Source of the DNA: Parasitella parasitica NRRL 2501
Lineage: Eukaryota > Fungi > Mucoromycota
Direction of reading: 5' to 3'
DNA length: 40,757 nucleotides
NCBI GenBank assembly: GCA_025201805.1
Contig: MU619320.1
Location: 1-40,757, forward strand
Every line of letters starts with the position of its first letter. The first letter of the stretch is position 1. This document shows, one piece after another, positions 1 to 13,944 of the stretch. Under the pieces are notes generated by a model. It saw nothing but the letters and a program-made list of their open reading frames with translations. It had not been told where the DNA came from and searched no databases. Made by a program: the position numbers and the translations under genes.

Positions 1-682
1 TACGCATTTCTACTCATGCTCGCTTTATTATGTATTATACAGAGTATAATATATTACCGCTCAGATTTTATCTATATCCTAAAATCAAGTTTTTTTTGAT
101 GAATCAAGCATTTCCCAACGAAAAAAATAAGGCTCTGCCTTTTTTTTACTTGTATGCGGCGTCTATTTTTTGTTACCATTTGCAATAAATTTTCAATCTC
201 TATTGACATGTGTTGGATTTTAATATCTGAAGCATATTTGGACGATTAGCTGTTGCATCAATTTTCCAGATTTAAGTTGAACTGTGGTATTTGCAAACAG
301 ACAACGAGTATCGTTACATGACCAAAAACCAGGCCGTTTGATATGATTTTGGTGTTTATCGCAAACAGTAACCTACCAATACATCGACTATTACGATTGA
401 ATTCGCATCTATCATTTTTGAATCGACCGATTTTTATCTGCTGTTGTTGTTACATAACCAGGCTATCTTTAAAGATACTGACATAAATCAACCCCCCTCC
501 CCCCAAGAACCAAAGATGCTTATGAATCAACAAAGGACGAAAAGAAATCCAGTTGCGTTTTGGTTTGGATGGTGTCAAACACAATATTCAAGACTGATAA
601 TGTCGAGCAGAAAAGAAACAATTTTAAAATGTGTTTATTTTTGGCAAAAAAAAAAAAAGGGTGTTATTTCATTTGGAGAAAT

Positions 683-2519
683 TTAGTTGAGTTCACCACG
701 AACCCATTTTTGCAACATATCTAGACCACTTTCAGGTTGGTCGTACGGGACCATGTGACCAGCACCAAAAACACGCAAGAAAGCGAAACGGCCATCCTCC
801 GTTCTACGAAGTTCTCCGGCTTGCTTGCCAGCAATATCAGAATACCACTCAGTATCATTAGCTTTAGAGAACTCTTCATGGCCAGTCCAAGGTAATTGAA
901 GGGCCCATGCCTTGTTACCCATCCAATTACAAATGAAGTCAGCATCACCAGCATAAATCAGAATCTTGATATCGTCTTCCAACAGTTTCGGAACTAGGTT
1001 TACGTATGGACGCATCCAGTCGCCAGCCATTTGGAATCTAAAGTTGATTTGCATGTTGCAGCTTTCGTATTTATCAGTTTCAGCGCCAACTTGTTCTTTG
1101 ACAGCGGGGATATTCAGGTATTTTTGGACGGATTCAAGGATATCATAGCAAAGGTTGCCGTTCTTGCACTTTTCACGGACATCGTAAGGGTTCATGCCGG
1201 TCTGCTGATAGGGTGAAATTTGATCCTTGTTACATTTCATTGCAGCAGGCAAACAGAAGAACACGTTTTGGTTGTCATAGCATTTTTGAATAAGACGTTC
1301 GCAAGCAGGGAAATTGGCCTCCATGTTGTCGCAGACATCTCTGTCGAGTACAGCACCGTAGGAGTTATCACAGGCCATTTGAGCATAGTATTTATATTGA
1401 ATTAAAGGATCGGTCAAACCATTTCCAATCAACAAACTCTTCAGATTGATATTGGCCAATGTATGCTTTTTCTTGAACAGCTCCAATGATTTAAATTCTC
1501 CCTTGTTGTTATCATTGATGACACTACCGATAGCAGGAATATAATGGCCTATAATATATATATATACATATATATGTATAGATATATTTATAAGGGATTA
1601 GTCATCTGAAAACCCAGATGCTTTCAATTAACAAACCGGCATAAGATTCACCAGAGACATGGAAATCGAGGTCAGCGTACTGAGGGAATTCTTTAAAGAA
1701 GAGCTGGAGGAAAGCGTAAACATCCTTTGCAGCAGCATCCGTATTGGAAGCACCATCACTACCATGAGAATAACCAACGTTCAAGGGCTATTATAATGCG
1801 TAAGTCTCGTTTCTTGGGGAGGGAGGGGGGGGGTGTCATAGGAGATTTTCAAGCTACTTACTTGATCCAAAAAGATGACATTGGCCTTCTCATTCCAGGA
1901 ATACTTGTTGATGTAAGTATCAGTGCCCTCTTCATTGACAGTACAAGGGCTAGAGTTAGGCAGTGATTAGTACAAGACTGCAATGCGATAACGATGACGA
2001 CCATTGCGCTTTACCCAAGTTCCATAAAGAGGCCGGTTAACGAAGAGCAGCCAGGACCACCATTTAACCACAAGACAACAGGGTCTTTCTTGGGCTTGTC
2101 TCTAGATTCGAAAAACCAAAAGAAAAAGTGCTTGTCGCTTCCGACGTCCAAGTAGCCAGAAATCTATTAGGATACAAATGAGCCGACTGCTTTCATGCTA
2201 ATAGCATTCTTTTGTTTACTTGTTTCACATCAGGGTCACAGAGGTTAGGCCTCTTGTATCTCAGAGCGTACTCAGAGAAAGCAGGATGGGTAAAGGTAGT
2301 GAAGGTATCGGCTCCGTTATGCAAAATTTCGCTGACCTTGTCAGTAGCGCTATGAATCTTGTCCACAGCGCCATCAAAGACATGTTGAACGTCACTCCAA
2401 GCCTTTTCGCCAAAATCAACAACAGCATCCTGTTGGAACATGGCAGGCTCGGCAAAGGTCAAGCCGAGTACGCAGGAAGCTACAGCGGCCACCTTGGCGA
2501 GTGAGAAGAGTGTTGGCAT
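683..2519 (-). CDS. PRC1: Serine carboxypeptidase S10 (carboxypeptidase Y-like), ~5 exons
   Basis: Signal/pro-peptide [19 protein letters not shown]. Spliced exons give [43 protein letters not shown], catalytic [17 protein letters not shown] and [11 protein letters not shown]. Confidence 0.95.
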
Positions 2520-3769
2520 TAGTCAAAAGAAAGAAAAAAAAATGATAAGAGAAAAAGAGGAAAACAATTTCCCTAACAGTGTTTCATTTTTATAGCTGCG
2601 TGTATGATCTCCAGGTCATTTTCATCTCCGTTGGCAGGATTGCCTGAACACACGGCCTCGAGATCTTTCTTGTGAGCCTTTATCCATGGTTCGCTTAGCA
2701 ATGGCCTTGGGCTACATGCCATCTTCATAAAATAGCTGTCAATGATAAGCGTCTTTCCGCAGTGTGTACCTGCTGAACTAGAAACCCCCCTCCCCTCCCC
2801 TCCTCTTTTTTTCCAAGACCATTGAGAAACGAGCGGCCGCTTCCTTTGAGCTGGAAGGCCAAGACACTATCTACACTGCCTGTTGCTCAAAATTACGTCT
2901 CTGACCTCGCCACAGTTTTCGAGTAGGCTTTGCTGTCCACCAAAATTCACATTCCAGCTCAAGCAAAGGAAGCAAAACACACTATGACGGCATCTGCTCT
3001 GTGAAAGATCCTACATGACCCAACAGGTAAAAGAGCTATAATGGAAGCATGAGAATTAGAACCAGCGTGGGAATTTGAACGAAACCTCATCGTTACATTG
3101 CTGAACAAGAGGCACCTGAGAGTAATAATTAAAAAAAGAAAAGACTATAACCTGCGAATTTAGTGGCAAAGGCTGGTCAAATAGCACTTGCAACTGGGGG
3201 ATGCTTGTACATAAAAAGGCTCAAAACGCAACCACAGGGCCACTATTGCTTTCATCGCCACTTTATGTCGATGTGTGGTTGGACACATGCAAGCAGGCTT
3301 TATCGATCCTCCATGCAAATTTGTAACAATCAAGTTCTGTCAAATCAAGAGCGCGAGATGTGTTGCATTATGGCAGGTCCGCTCTCAAATTTTTATGTCA
3401 TTAAAATGTGAGATAATTAGCACAGCTGACGAACTGTGTTGTGAGGCAGTGATAGCCAGCGAGCCATCCAACTAAAATATGCATGCAATGTGTGCTATTG
3501 TATATAGAACTTCACTTGTGAGCTTCGACGTCAGATGGCAAGCTGACAGCCGATGTTTATAAAGAACAACCGTAATCCTGGGCACTTTTGGGCTCGTTTC
3601 ATGACGTTGAAAAAATGTCATTTTACCAGAGTAGGAGTAGGGTTCTCAAATAGAAGGGGAGCCGAAAGCTGGTTCGTTGCAATATATACTCGAGTGGACA
3701 GTTTTACCAGCCCGCACCTGCATCTTTTGAAACCTTTTTATTTTAGTTATTTGTAATTGACTCAACAAG

Positions 3770-4889
3770 ATGGAAGCAAACAGCTCGCAACAAGTAATGA
3801 AATTGAGCTTGAACAACTCTGCCAGCGAGTTTACTCGTCGCAAAAATTGGTCCAGCAGCATCCTCGAATGCTTGAGAGATGTCGTCCATGTTTTGGACAA
3901 TGATATGCGCTTTGTCTACTGCTCAGCTGCATCGAGCGAGTTTCTAGGCTACAAACCCTTTGAGCTTATGGGCCATGCGTTCACCGAATATCTCCATGTG
4001 GATGATATCGATATGTTTGTCCGAGAATCTCGCAGCAGCAAAGCCTCGATGCAAACGTTTAAATGCTATTATCGCTTTTTGCGCAAAGATGGAAAGTATA
4101 CAACGCTGGAAACGAACGGCACTTTTTACAGGAATTTCTTGTTTGGCAGTGCTCGAAAGATGCCTAGCGACAGTGGCCGATCAATCAACCTGTTTTTGGA
4201 CTTGAAGATGGAAAACGAAGCATTGGAGAAAAAGCTTGCTCTGCTGAAAAACCAACACCGTCAGAGAGAAACATCCGCCAACAGTGATCGGACCCTATCG
4301 ACTGCATCCCTGACGACTGGTCATGACGAAGGAGACGACTCCAGCGACGATTTCGACGACTATAACATACCATTGAATGCGCCAAATGTCTACACTCAAG
4401 GCGTAAACTCTTCTTACGACATTAATGAAAGTCTGGCTCTTTTCACTGGACTAAGGTACGATTTAGGCGAAAGGTCTTCTGGCATATCACTCGGTTTGGA
4501 GGGCGGTCAATTGACAAATATTGGAATGGACCAGACCATCATGGTCAGCAATAACAAAGAAAATCCAATGGAAAGAACAAAGCCATTCAGCGACAAGCCT
4601 CGACCAAGCAAAAAGGTACGATTGCGCTGTGGATTAATAATCATGTACACCTAATAATACGATGCATTAAATCAAAGAAACGTGTCGATAAATCTGAGGT
4701 GCCCAAGATTTGCACTGACTGTGGTACAACTGATGCGCCAGAGTGGAGAAGAGGGCCCAATGGGCCGAAAACGTAAGCTGAAAGCTGTCACTATAGTGAT
4801 CTTGTAGATCCTCATTAGCTGTTTATAGGCTTTGTAATGCCTGCGGTTTGCGATGGTCAAAGACCAAGAAGAAGCTTGAAGCTGTGTAG
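3770..4889 (+). CDS. wc-2: White collar-2-like PAS domain + GATA zinc-finger transcription factor, 3 exons
   Basis: N-terminal [26 protein letters not shown] region. Splicing introns at ~4616-4677 and ~4773-4828 gives [32 protein letters not shown]; stop TAG at 4887-4889. Confidence 0.9.
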
Positions 4890-5073
4890 GACGTTGGCAC
4901 ACAAATCTGTCATTTTTTTATTGGGCCACGCTTCCCACTTTTTGAAATTTTCAATTGACGATGTGCTTGTATAGAAAATTAAAAACCCCTATATAAAGAG
5001 AAGAGAGTCGTTTACATCTTTTTTCTCTCTTTACCTGTTTACCGCTATATAATTCATTCAATCTTATATTATC

Positions 5074-6465
5074 ATGAGTGCCATTTACCGTCTGCAATGC
5101 AAGACTCAGTCTTATGATTGGGGCAAGTTGGGCAATGTTTCCAAGGTTGCTGCTTATGCAAAAGCGTCTGGTACCACTGTTGATGACAAGACTCCTTATG
5201 CTGAACTCTGGATGGGCACTCATCCCAATGCCCCTTCTATTGTCATGGATGGCAAGGACACTCCCCTCAACGATCTCATCAGAGACAACGAGAAGCTTAG
5301 CACTAAAGCCGTCTATGATCAATATAATGGTGATTTGCCATTCCTGTTCAAGATCTTGTCAATCCGCAAGGCTTTGTCTATTCAAGCTCATCCAGATAAG
5401 GTTTTGGGCTCTCGCCTCTTTAAGGAATTTCCGGACAATTATAAGGACCCTAACCACAAGGTAAGCATTAGTACAGCATCGCGTGAGTTTTACTCTGAAT
5501 TGAAGTTGGTATTTGTTTAGCCTGAAATGGCACTTGCTCTCACCCCTTTCGAAGCTCTCTGTGGATTCCGCCCATTGAATGAAATTGCCCAGCATATGGA
5601 GACATATCCCGAATTGAAGGAAGTGCTTGGAAACAATGTATCGGACGAATTTTTAGCCACAGTCAAGGCAACGGGAAACTCTGAATCTGAGAAAGATGTC
5701 GCTCACAACAGGGAGATCCTTAAAAAGACTTTTGGTGCACTCATGCGTAGTTCCCAAAAGAACGTTACACATATCCTGTCCAAATTGGTTGCTCGATTAA
5801 ATGACATCAAGGCAAACGACCCAATCTCCAAACTGGTCATTCGATTAGACGAGCAGTATCCTGGCGGCGATATTGGTGTATTCTCTTGCTTGATGTTGAA
5901 CTATGTCATTATGGAGCCTGGGCAAGCGATTTTCTTGGGTGCAAATGAGCCTCATGCTTATTTGTCTGGGGGTAAAAAAAAAAAACGGGATAGATTAAAC
6001 TGATTGCTGACATCTTGGATTCACGTTTTTTTAGATTGTGTAGAGTGTATGGCTGCTAGTGATAATGTTGTCCGTGCAGGCTTGACACCAAAGTTCAAGG
6101 ATGTCGAGGTATTAGTGGATATGCTCACTTATCGCTATGGAACTGCAGAATCACAAAAAATGACGCCTGAAAAGTTTGCAGACCACTCGCTTCTTTACGA
6201 TCCCCCAATTGATGAATTCTCTGTTGTTTGGACCAAAATGGAGGCCGCCCAAACCGAAAAGCATAAGCAAATTGAGGGTCCTAGCGTCCTAATCGTAACT
6301 TCAGGCAGCGGGAATATGACTAGCGAGGCTCTCAAAACCGAATCTGACTATAAGCTTGAGGAGGGTTACGTTTATTTTGTTGGAGCCAATACGCCTTTGG
6401 TTGCTCAAGCTGGAAATTCTGGATTGGAATTTTATAGAGCTTTCTGTATCGCCACCAGCAACTAG
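5074..6465 (+). CDS. PMI40: Mannose-6-phosphate isomerase, class I, 3 exons
   Basis: Motifs YDWGK, [60 protein letters not shown]; introns 5461-5520 and ~5972-6034. Confidence 0.96.
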
Positions 6466-6832
6466 AGGATATGCATCAATCTTGTCTTTTTTTTTTTTTG
6501 GAAAGAAAAAAAATAATAAATGATTTATTTGAATTGAAAAAATCTGAATGTCCATTCATTATTTTTGTTCATGGCGGTGCATTCTGAGTGGCTATTCTTT
6601 AGAATAAGCTTAAAAGAAGCCGGTCTTGCTGTAGTGTTTGTTCGCATTTTGACATCTACTGTGTTGTTGCCATCACATTTTACGGCTGCTAATTACAATG
6701 TAATTTGATGAACCTCAGTGTTCATGTTATGAAATTTGCGTCTCAACAAGNNNNNNNNNNNNNNNNNNNNNNNNNNNNNNNNNNNNNNNNNNNNNNNNNN
6801 NACACTCTAGAAAAAAAAACTGTCAAAAACAA

Positions 6833-7907
6833 ATGGCAGATCTGAAGCTTCAAAACATAAATCCACAGCAAAGAAAACTGCCCCAGCTTGCTCAAGATGT
6901 TATTGCAGGCACTTTGGCTGGCTGGGCACAAGTGCTTGTGGGACAGCCCTTGGACACCATTAAAGTTATGCTGCAAACTCAATCATCCTCGCACATATAC
7001 AGAAGCGCTACAGATTGCTTCAGGCAATTAGTGAGGCAAGAAGGTGTGAAAGGCTTGTATAGAGGCGTGGCGCCCCCGTTGGCAGGCATAGGATTCTGTA
7101 ACGCCGTTATGTTCATGTCTAACGGCTATTTCAGACGCTTATTACAAAAAGATGCCAGTAAGCCACTGTCAATATTTGAGATTGGGGCAGCCGGATCTAT
7201 GGCTGGATCTGTCATGTCATTTCTTAACTGCCCCATTGAATTGTTAAAGGTAAAGCTTCAAACCCAAGATTCTCAAGGCGTGAAGAATATGCATGGAAAG
7301 TTGGAACCGCCAGTAAAGTAGATCACAGGGCGTCTGTCGCTCACAAGTTACACTAACCATTTGTCAAGTTTAAAGGTGTTATTGATTGTGGTGTAAGAAG
7401 CATTAGATCCCAAGGATTGATGGGAATATATCGCGGTATGGTGATGACACTATTAAGAGATGTTCCTGGGACATTTGCGTATTTTGGTAAGTGTGCCCCT
7501 AGACAATTATCCAATAACTTATTCATCAAACATAGTTTGCTATGAAAGCTTCAAAAAATTGTTCAAATCGATGCGGAAGGATGGGCAACTGAAAACTATA
7601 GATTTGCTTATGGCAGGCGGATTCTCAGGATTTGCCGCTTGGGTGCCATCATATCCCCAGGATGTGATCAAGAGTTGTTACCAAAATGAAACAAGGTGAT
7701 GAATGCTATTTTAATTGAAACTTGTGCAAGCCCACTAAAGCCTACAACAATAGATTCAAATCTTACCGTCAAGTGTTTACAGAGATCTTAAGAAGGAGGG
7801 GACCCAGAGCATTTTTTAATGGCATTGGCCCTGCAATGGTGAGGGCATTTCCAGCTAATGCCGCCACATTTTTCGCCTACGAAATGGCCATGAAAGCAAT
7901 GCCATAA
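6833..7907 (+). CDS. Mitochondrial carrier family protein (YMC1/CRC1/ORT1-like), 4 exons
   Basis: Three carrier signatures PLDTIKV, PIELLKVKLQ, PQDVIKS, plus GLYRG and RAFPANAATF. Confidence 0.92.
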
Positions 7908-8141
7908 AACATACAATAAACAGACGTTTTTCGTCGAATGAACTAGACATGTTTGATATATGCCTGTGGCTACAGCGATTTCGACATGTGGTTGCATTAC
8001 CTTCTACATTTAATGTTTAGTTAGAAGCAGATCAATGTGACTATAGAGCGGACCGTTTTTTCACCAATTTTACTTGAATTTTGCTTTTCTGAACAATTTT
8101 TTTTTTTTTTTTTTTGATACATCAAAATCAAGCAAAATAGC

Positions 8142-10680
8142 ATGGCCAAAGAAAGCAAGCCAGTCAAAAAAATCAACACCAAAGAAAGTCAAAGAAAGCA
8201 AAGTCAAGATGACATAGCTACTCTGGAAGCCAAATGTAGCCATCCTGTAAGTAAATTGTTGTAATTCATGGAGGGGGAGGGGGGGGGGCACATCAAACTG
8301 AAGCTGGATCTACTAGGAAAACTACAGCGATGTCAAGCTTTTCTCAGAGCTGCCACTGTCTGACCGAACAAAAAAGGGCCTTGCTCAGTCGAATTTCAAG
8401 CAGATGACCGAAATTCAAAGGAAGGGGATTCCTCTTGCTTTGGCAAAGAAAGACGTATTGGGCGCTGCTAAAACTGGAAGCGGTAAAACGTTGAGTTTCC
8501 TCATTCCTGTAAGTATGGGGTTGCTGTTTTGAGTGCCATTTTACTAAAGTCTACATTTTACTAGATTCTCGAGATCTTGTTTAGACAGCAGTGGAATCCA
8601 GCAGATGGATTGGGCGCCTTGATTATCTCACCTACCCGTGAATTAGCTGTCCAAATCTTTGAAGTGCTTAAAAAGATTGGCAAATCACACACCTTTTCAG
8701 CAGGCTTGATCATTGGCGGCAAAGAATTTAAAGTGGAACAGGAGCGCATTGCCCGCATGAACATTTTAGTGTGCACACCTGGCCGTCTTTTGCAGCACAT
8801 GGATCAATCAGTTGGATTCACTTGCGACAATCTGCAAATGCTTGTGCTGGACGAAGCGGATCGCATTATGGACATGGGGTTCCAAAACACTATGAATGCT
8901 ATTATCGAGAATTTACCTGCACAGAGACAGACTTTGCTGTTTTCCGCCACACAAACTCGTTCTGTCAAAGACCTCGCACGCTTATCACTCAAAGACCCCG
9001 AGTACGTCGCCGTGCATGAAAAGGCCGAGCACAGTACGCCCAAAACACTCTCCCAGCATTACGTCGTTGCCGAACTCCCCAAGAAGCTGGATGTGTTGTA
9101 TTCGTTTGTGAAATCTCATCTCAAAAGCAAAACCATTGTATTTCTGAGCAGCTGCAAGCAGACAAGATTTGTGTTTGAGGCCTTTTGCAAGCTTCAACCT
9201 GGTGTGCCCATCATGCATCTGCATGGCAAACAAAAGCAAACCAAACGTGTGGACATCTTTAGAAAGTTTACGTCGAGCCAACATGCCGTGCTGCTATGTA
9301 CTGACATTGCCGCTCGTGGTCTGGATTTCCCTTCAGTGGACTGGGTCTTGCAGTTGGATTGCCCTGAGGATGCCGATACTTACATTCATCGTGTTGGTCG
9401 TACTGCTCGTTTCGATGCAGACGGCCATGCTTTGATGATTTTGGTGCCTTCAGAAGTTGAAGGTATTACTAATGAGCTGCAAAAGAAACGCGTGCCAGTC
9501 GAAGAGATCAAAATTAGAACAAGCAAACAGCAGAGCATTCAAAAGCAGTTGCAGAGCTTCTGTTTCAAAGATCCTGAAATCAAATACCTCGCTCAGCGTG
9601 CATTTGTCGCCTACATGCGTTCTATCTATCTCCAACGCAACAAATCTGTCTTTGATGTTACAGCGTTACCTGCTGAAGAATTTGCCTTGTCGCTTGGTTT
9701 AGCTGGTGCTCCCAAAATCAAATTTGTTAAGAAGGCTGAAAAGAAACTGATGGGTGCTCAAGTAAAGAAAAAGACGAAAGAAGGACCCAGTGATGAGGAG
9801 GAGGAGAACGAAGAAGAGGAAGAGGAAGAGGAAGAAGAAGAGCAAGCCAAGGTGCAAAGGACTAAATACGATCGTATGTTTCAAAGAAAGAATCAAGATA
9901 TTCTGTCAGAGCACTACAACAAATTGGTTGATTATGAGGGCGACAAGGTTAAACTGGATGGCGGTTTAGGAGACGATGACGAGGATGATGATTTCCTTAC
10001 TATTCAACGCGCTGACCATGCACTGGAGAGTGACGACGAAGACGAGGACAACATGAGCAACATTGCAGGTGAAAATATATCCAAGAGAAAGTTAGCGATG
10101 AGCAAAAAGGAGAGAGCAAAGACCATGGCTCGTGGTGACAAGCTACTCTTTGATGAAGAGGGCAATGCGCATGCCATGTATGAACTCGTTGAAGAAAAGG
10201 ATTTCTTAAAGGCCGGTGACGCCAAATCCCAAATCAAGGCATTCATTGAAGAAAAGGGCGAGTTGATGCAGACTGCTGATAAGGATGATAAACAGTATGC
10301 CAAGCAAAAGAAGCTCGAAAAGAAGATCAAGCGAAAGGAGAGAGAACGAGCCGTAAGTGAACACACTAATATTGACTCGAGACAAAACTTTAAACGTCCT
10401 TTTTTTTATTTTTTATTAGGCATTAAGGGAGGGTTTGGATGAGGACTCTTCTGCAGAGGAAAAGGACGAGGACGAGGACGAGGAGGATGAAGAAGATCAG
10501 GGCTCAGACATGTCTGAAGATGAATCAGAAGAAGAAGCAGCTGATCGCAAGAGAAAGTGGTTTGAGGATAGCGAATCTGATTCTGAACAAGAAACCAGCA
10601 AGAAGAGAGTTATTGATGTGGCTGAACCCCAAACCTTGGAAGACCAAGAAGCTCTTGCACTCAAGCTCCTGGGTGCTTAA
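8142..10680 (+). CDS. DBP4: ATP-dependent DEAD-box RNA helicase DBP4/DDX10, 4 exons
   Basis: ATG at 8142. Motifs [50 protein letters not shown]; DBP4-typical [19 protein letters not shown] and C-terminal [13 protein letters not shown]. Confidence 0.96.
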
Positions 10681-10849
10681 TTTTCAACATAGACACCATC
10701 TTGTATAGTAAAAAAAAAATATATATATATAATATATAATATATAGAATAAACATGCATTTTCAATAATCTGTGGCTTGTGTGTTGCTAGCTTGATTGAA
10801 AATTCTTTGTTTTTTCTTTCATGTCAAAAGTTACAACTTCTGCTATAGA

Positions 10850-11341
10850 ATGTCCAACTGCACAAACAACAATAGCAATGAGGATGACGATACTATACCG
10901 CTAACACAGCATAGATTGTCTTTGGAATTAAAAAGCCATCCAGTGAGAGGAAGAGGTGTGTTCACTAGAGAACTGTTAGAGCGCAATGTGCTTGTTGAAA
11001 TTTCGCCTATACTATTCTTCAACGCCGAGGAATATGCAAACCATGGGAAATATACAGTTTTGGATCAATATACCTATTGCTGGCCAGGCGGGTTTGCACT
11101 TGCGCTTGGATTAGGTTCAATGTTCAACCACAACAGTTCACCGAACGTTGGTTTTATTCGAGATATACCCAATAATCTAATTCGATATGTAACGTTACGG
11201 CGCATTGAAAAGGACGAAGAGCTATGCATATCTTATGGAAGTCATCTTTGGTTCAAAGACGATTCTAATGCGAATCCAGCATTGTCCGATTCAGATGATG
11301 AGCCATTTCCATATCAAGACTCATCAAGCGAAGAAAATTAA
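10850..11341 (+). CDS. Small SET-domain protein lysine methyltransferase (Set7-like)
   Basis: RGRGVF, GLGSMFNHNSSPNV, DEELCISYG SET motifs; likely start ATG 10850 (MSNCTNNN). Confidence 0.88.
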   Translation: MSNCTNNNSNEDDDTIPLTQHRLSLELKSHPVRGRGVFTRELLERNVLVEISPILFFNAEEYANHGKYTVLDQYTYCWPGGFALALGLGSMFNHNSSPNVGFIRDIPNNLIRYVTLRRIEKDEELCISYGSHLWFKDDSNANPALSDSDDEPFPYQDSSSEEN

Positions 11342-12467
11342 GCCTTATTTATAGATCTCCCGTTGAAAGCGCTGAACTGCCCCCCCCCCTCCCCTTCTTC
11401 AGGCCCCCTCTCGTTGTCACAATCTCCTAGACACAAATAAATAAATAAAACGCACATTATAAGCGATGCTTTATCGTAAAAACCGTTCCTCCAATGTAAA
11501 AAAACAAAAAATCAACGATTTTGATTATTTGCCTTTATTGGTTCTACTGCGTTTATATAATGCTTTTGATTCCATTATGATGATGGGGAAGGAAAAAAGG
11601 AGGCTATGGTGTGATTTATGCAACCTTGATTGTTGTCAAAAGTGCATTTCTAGAAATGGAAGAGTGAATAAGATTGAGAAGGTTGTGATAGATTTAGAGT
11701 TTTTGGTAATCCTGTTTAGGATGCTTCTTTGCGATAAGAGCAGACTTCAGTTTAGCATGAAACATGTCGAGACTATGTATATAACCGTTGTTAAAAAAAA
11801 GTGTCCTTTACAATTGTATAAAACTGTATTTATACGGTATTTTCTACAAAAATTGTGATTTGCCAAGTCATTTCAGTGATGGCCACAAAAATTGCGAGAG
11901 TAATGAATAATAAACAAAAATAGCAGCATTCCTTTATTATAGAGCCATATGCCGCATATAGTTATTCTTAATGTTTAGCTTGAAGTAACTTTACATATGT
12001 ACCGTTTCAAGATGGCTCTACATACTTCTGAGGTGAACTACACAGGTCAGAAGGAACTTTGCTATTTTTGGGATTACATTTTATGACGAAAATGCTGATC
12101 CATAGCTGTATCTTGAGCATCTCGGACCCAGGTGATGTTTCTCAACATGCCTTTACCATCAACACTGAAAATGGAAACGTATTTTGAAAAAACGTGATAT
12201 ATACGTAAATCAAATACAACCTGAATAAAACAATTAAAGACTAGGAAATGTATCAGGCACTTTATGGCTCGTTTTTATTGAAGGTTAATGATGGTTCTAT
12301 ATAAGGGACAGATAGAGGGGTTCTTGGGTTGACCAATTCAACTGAGTTATATATAAATTCATGCTGCATTGGACCATGTGATAAACTTTGTAGTAGGCAT
12401 ATAATGCTGTAGAGATTTCAAATATGCCTCTTTTTCTCCTTCTCTCTTTCCTTTCCCTTGAATAATA

Positions 12468-13804
12468 ATGACTACCACAGTGACCACGTCGCTCAATCCC
12501 ATGTTAGGCTATAAAATTGCTAGTTCGTACAGAATTGGGCCCAAAATTGGATCTGGCTCCTTTGGAGAAATCCACAAAGGTGATTATTACATTTCTTCTT
12601 GTGTTGAAAATATTCAAAATACGAGAACATGTAGAGGGAGACCAAACAGCGCGATTAATTTAAACAGGCATAGAGGAGAAATCAGGAGAAGAAGTAGCCA
12701 TCAAACTAGAAAAGATTACAGCCAAACATCCTCAGCTTGAGTATGAATACAGAGTGTACAAGGCAATTGCTGGTGGAACTGGCATCCCCAGAGTAAGACA
12801 TTTCTCCACAGAAAACAACTACAATAACATGGTCATGGACAAGTTGGGACGTAAGTCGTATATGTTTAAATGAAAATTGCGTTATAAATGAATGACACTT
12901 GAATGCGCTGACACATCATGTGCGCTTTTATGCGTGCTATGCTTTGCTTTTGCTTAGCCTCGCTAGAAGACCTGTTCAATTTTTGTAAGAGAAAGTTCAC
13001 GTTGAAGACAGTTTTGATGCTGGCAGATCAAATGGTACATGTTGCGTAGAATAGGCTATTTGCGCCATAATTGTGTCGTTAATCATTGATATGTACATGT
13101 GTAGCTCACAAGAATCGAGTATTTACATTCAAAAAAGTTTATCCATCGAGACATCAAACCAGACAACTTTCTCATGGGCCTTGAAGGCTACAACTACCTG
13201 GTCAACTTGATAGATTTCGGATTAGCCAAACGATACAAGGATGCCCGAACAAACGATCACATTCCATGGAGAGAAGGAAAAAATCTTACTGGGACAGCAA
13301 GATATGCTAGTGTGCACACCCATCTGGGCCGAGAGCAATCTCGCAGAGATGATTTGGAGTCTTTGGGATACGTTTTAGTGTATTTTTATCGAGGCTCTTT
13401 GCCATGGCAAGGTCTGAAAGCCAAAACCAAAAAGCAAAAATACGACATGATCAGCAATCGCAAATTAACAACGCCGCTCGATAAACTGTGCAAAGATATG
13501 CCATTTGAATTTATGACCTATCTCGACTATACAAGAAAACTGACATTTGATGGCCAACCCGACTACAATTTCCTGAGAGATTTATTTAGGAAAGTGTCCA
13601 TCCGCGAAGGAATCAAGCTTGACCTAAAGTTTGACTGGTTGGTTATCATGATGGTAAATAATGCTAAAACGCATGCGATTGAGCATTTCATAAGGCATTG
13701 ATGCTAAGAGCCTTTGAATACACATATAGGATAATGATAAGCAGATCAGCAAAGGAACCAATCCGATCGAGACACTGCAGACCAAGTACCAAATTCTTCA
13801 ATAA
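12468..13804 (+). CDS. Casein kinase I (HRR25/CK1 delta-epsilon-like), 5 exons
   Basis: [87 protein letters not shown]; short last exon ending TAA 13802-13804. Confidence 0.94.
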
Positions 13805-13944
13805 TGCATATGCTTCATCCAAATGATGATGTAATCACGTGATGGAAAGACTGGCCATGCTATACTTTATAATTAGAGACTACCTCTTTTTTCTTCGTCT
13901 TCACTCTTTCTTATTAAAGTATAATATATCCCAAATATAGAGCA

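Noticed and set aside
2570-3756. Short ORFs in the CPY/wc-2 divergent intergenic region
   Set aside because: No family resemblance, and no coherent gene or RNA structure could be built.
6751-6801. Short N run upstream of the mitochondrial carrier
   Set aside because: Assembly gap with no information.
9790-10540. GAR-rich repeats and antisense ORFs
   Set aside because: They encode the acidic tracts of DBP4; the antisense ORFs are shadows.
11466-12200. 130-aa ORF and short minus-strand frames between SET and CK1
   Set aside because: No recognisable motif or consistent splice model.
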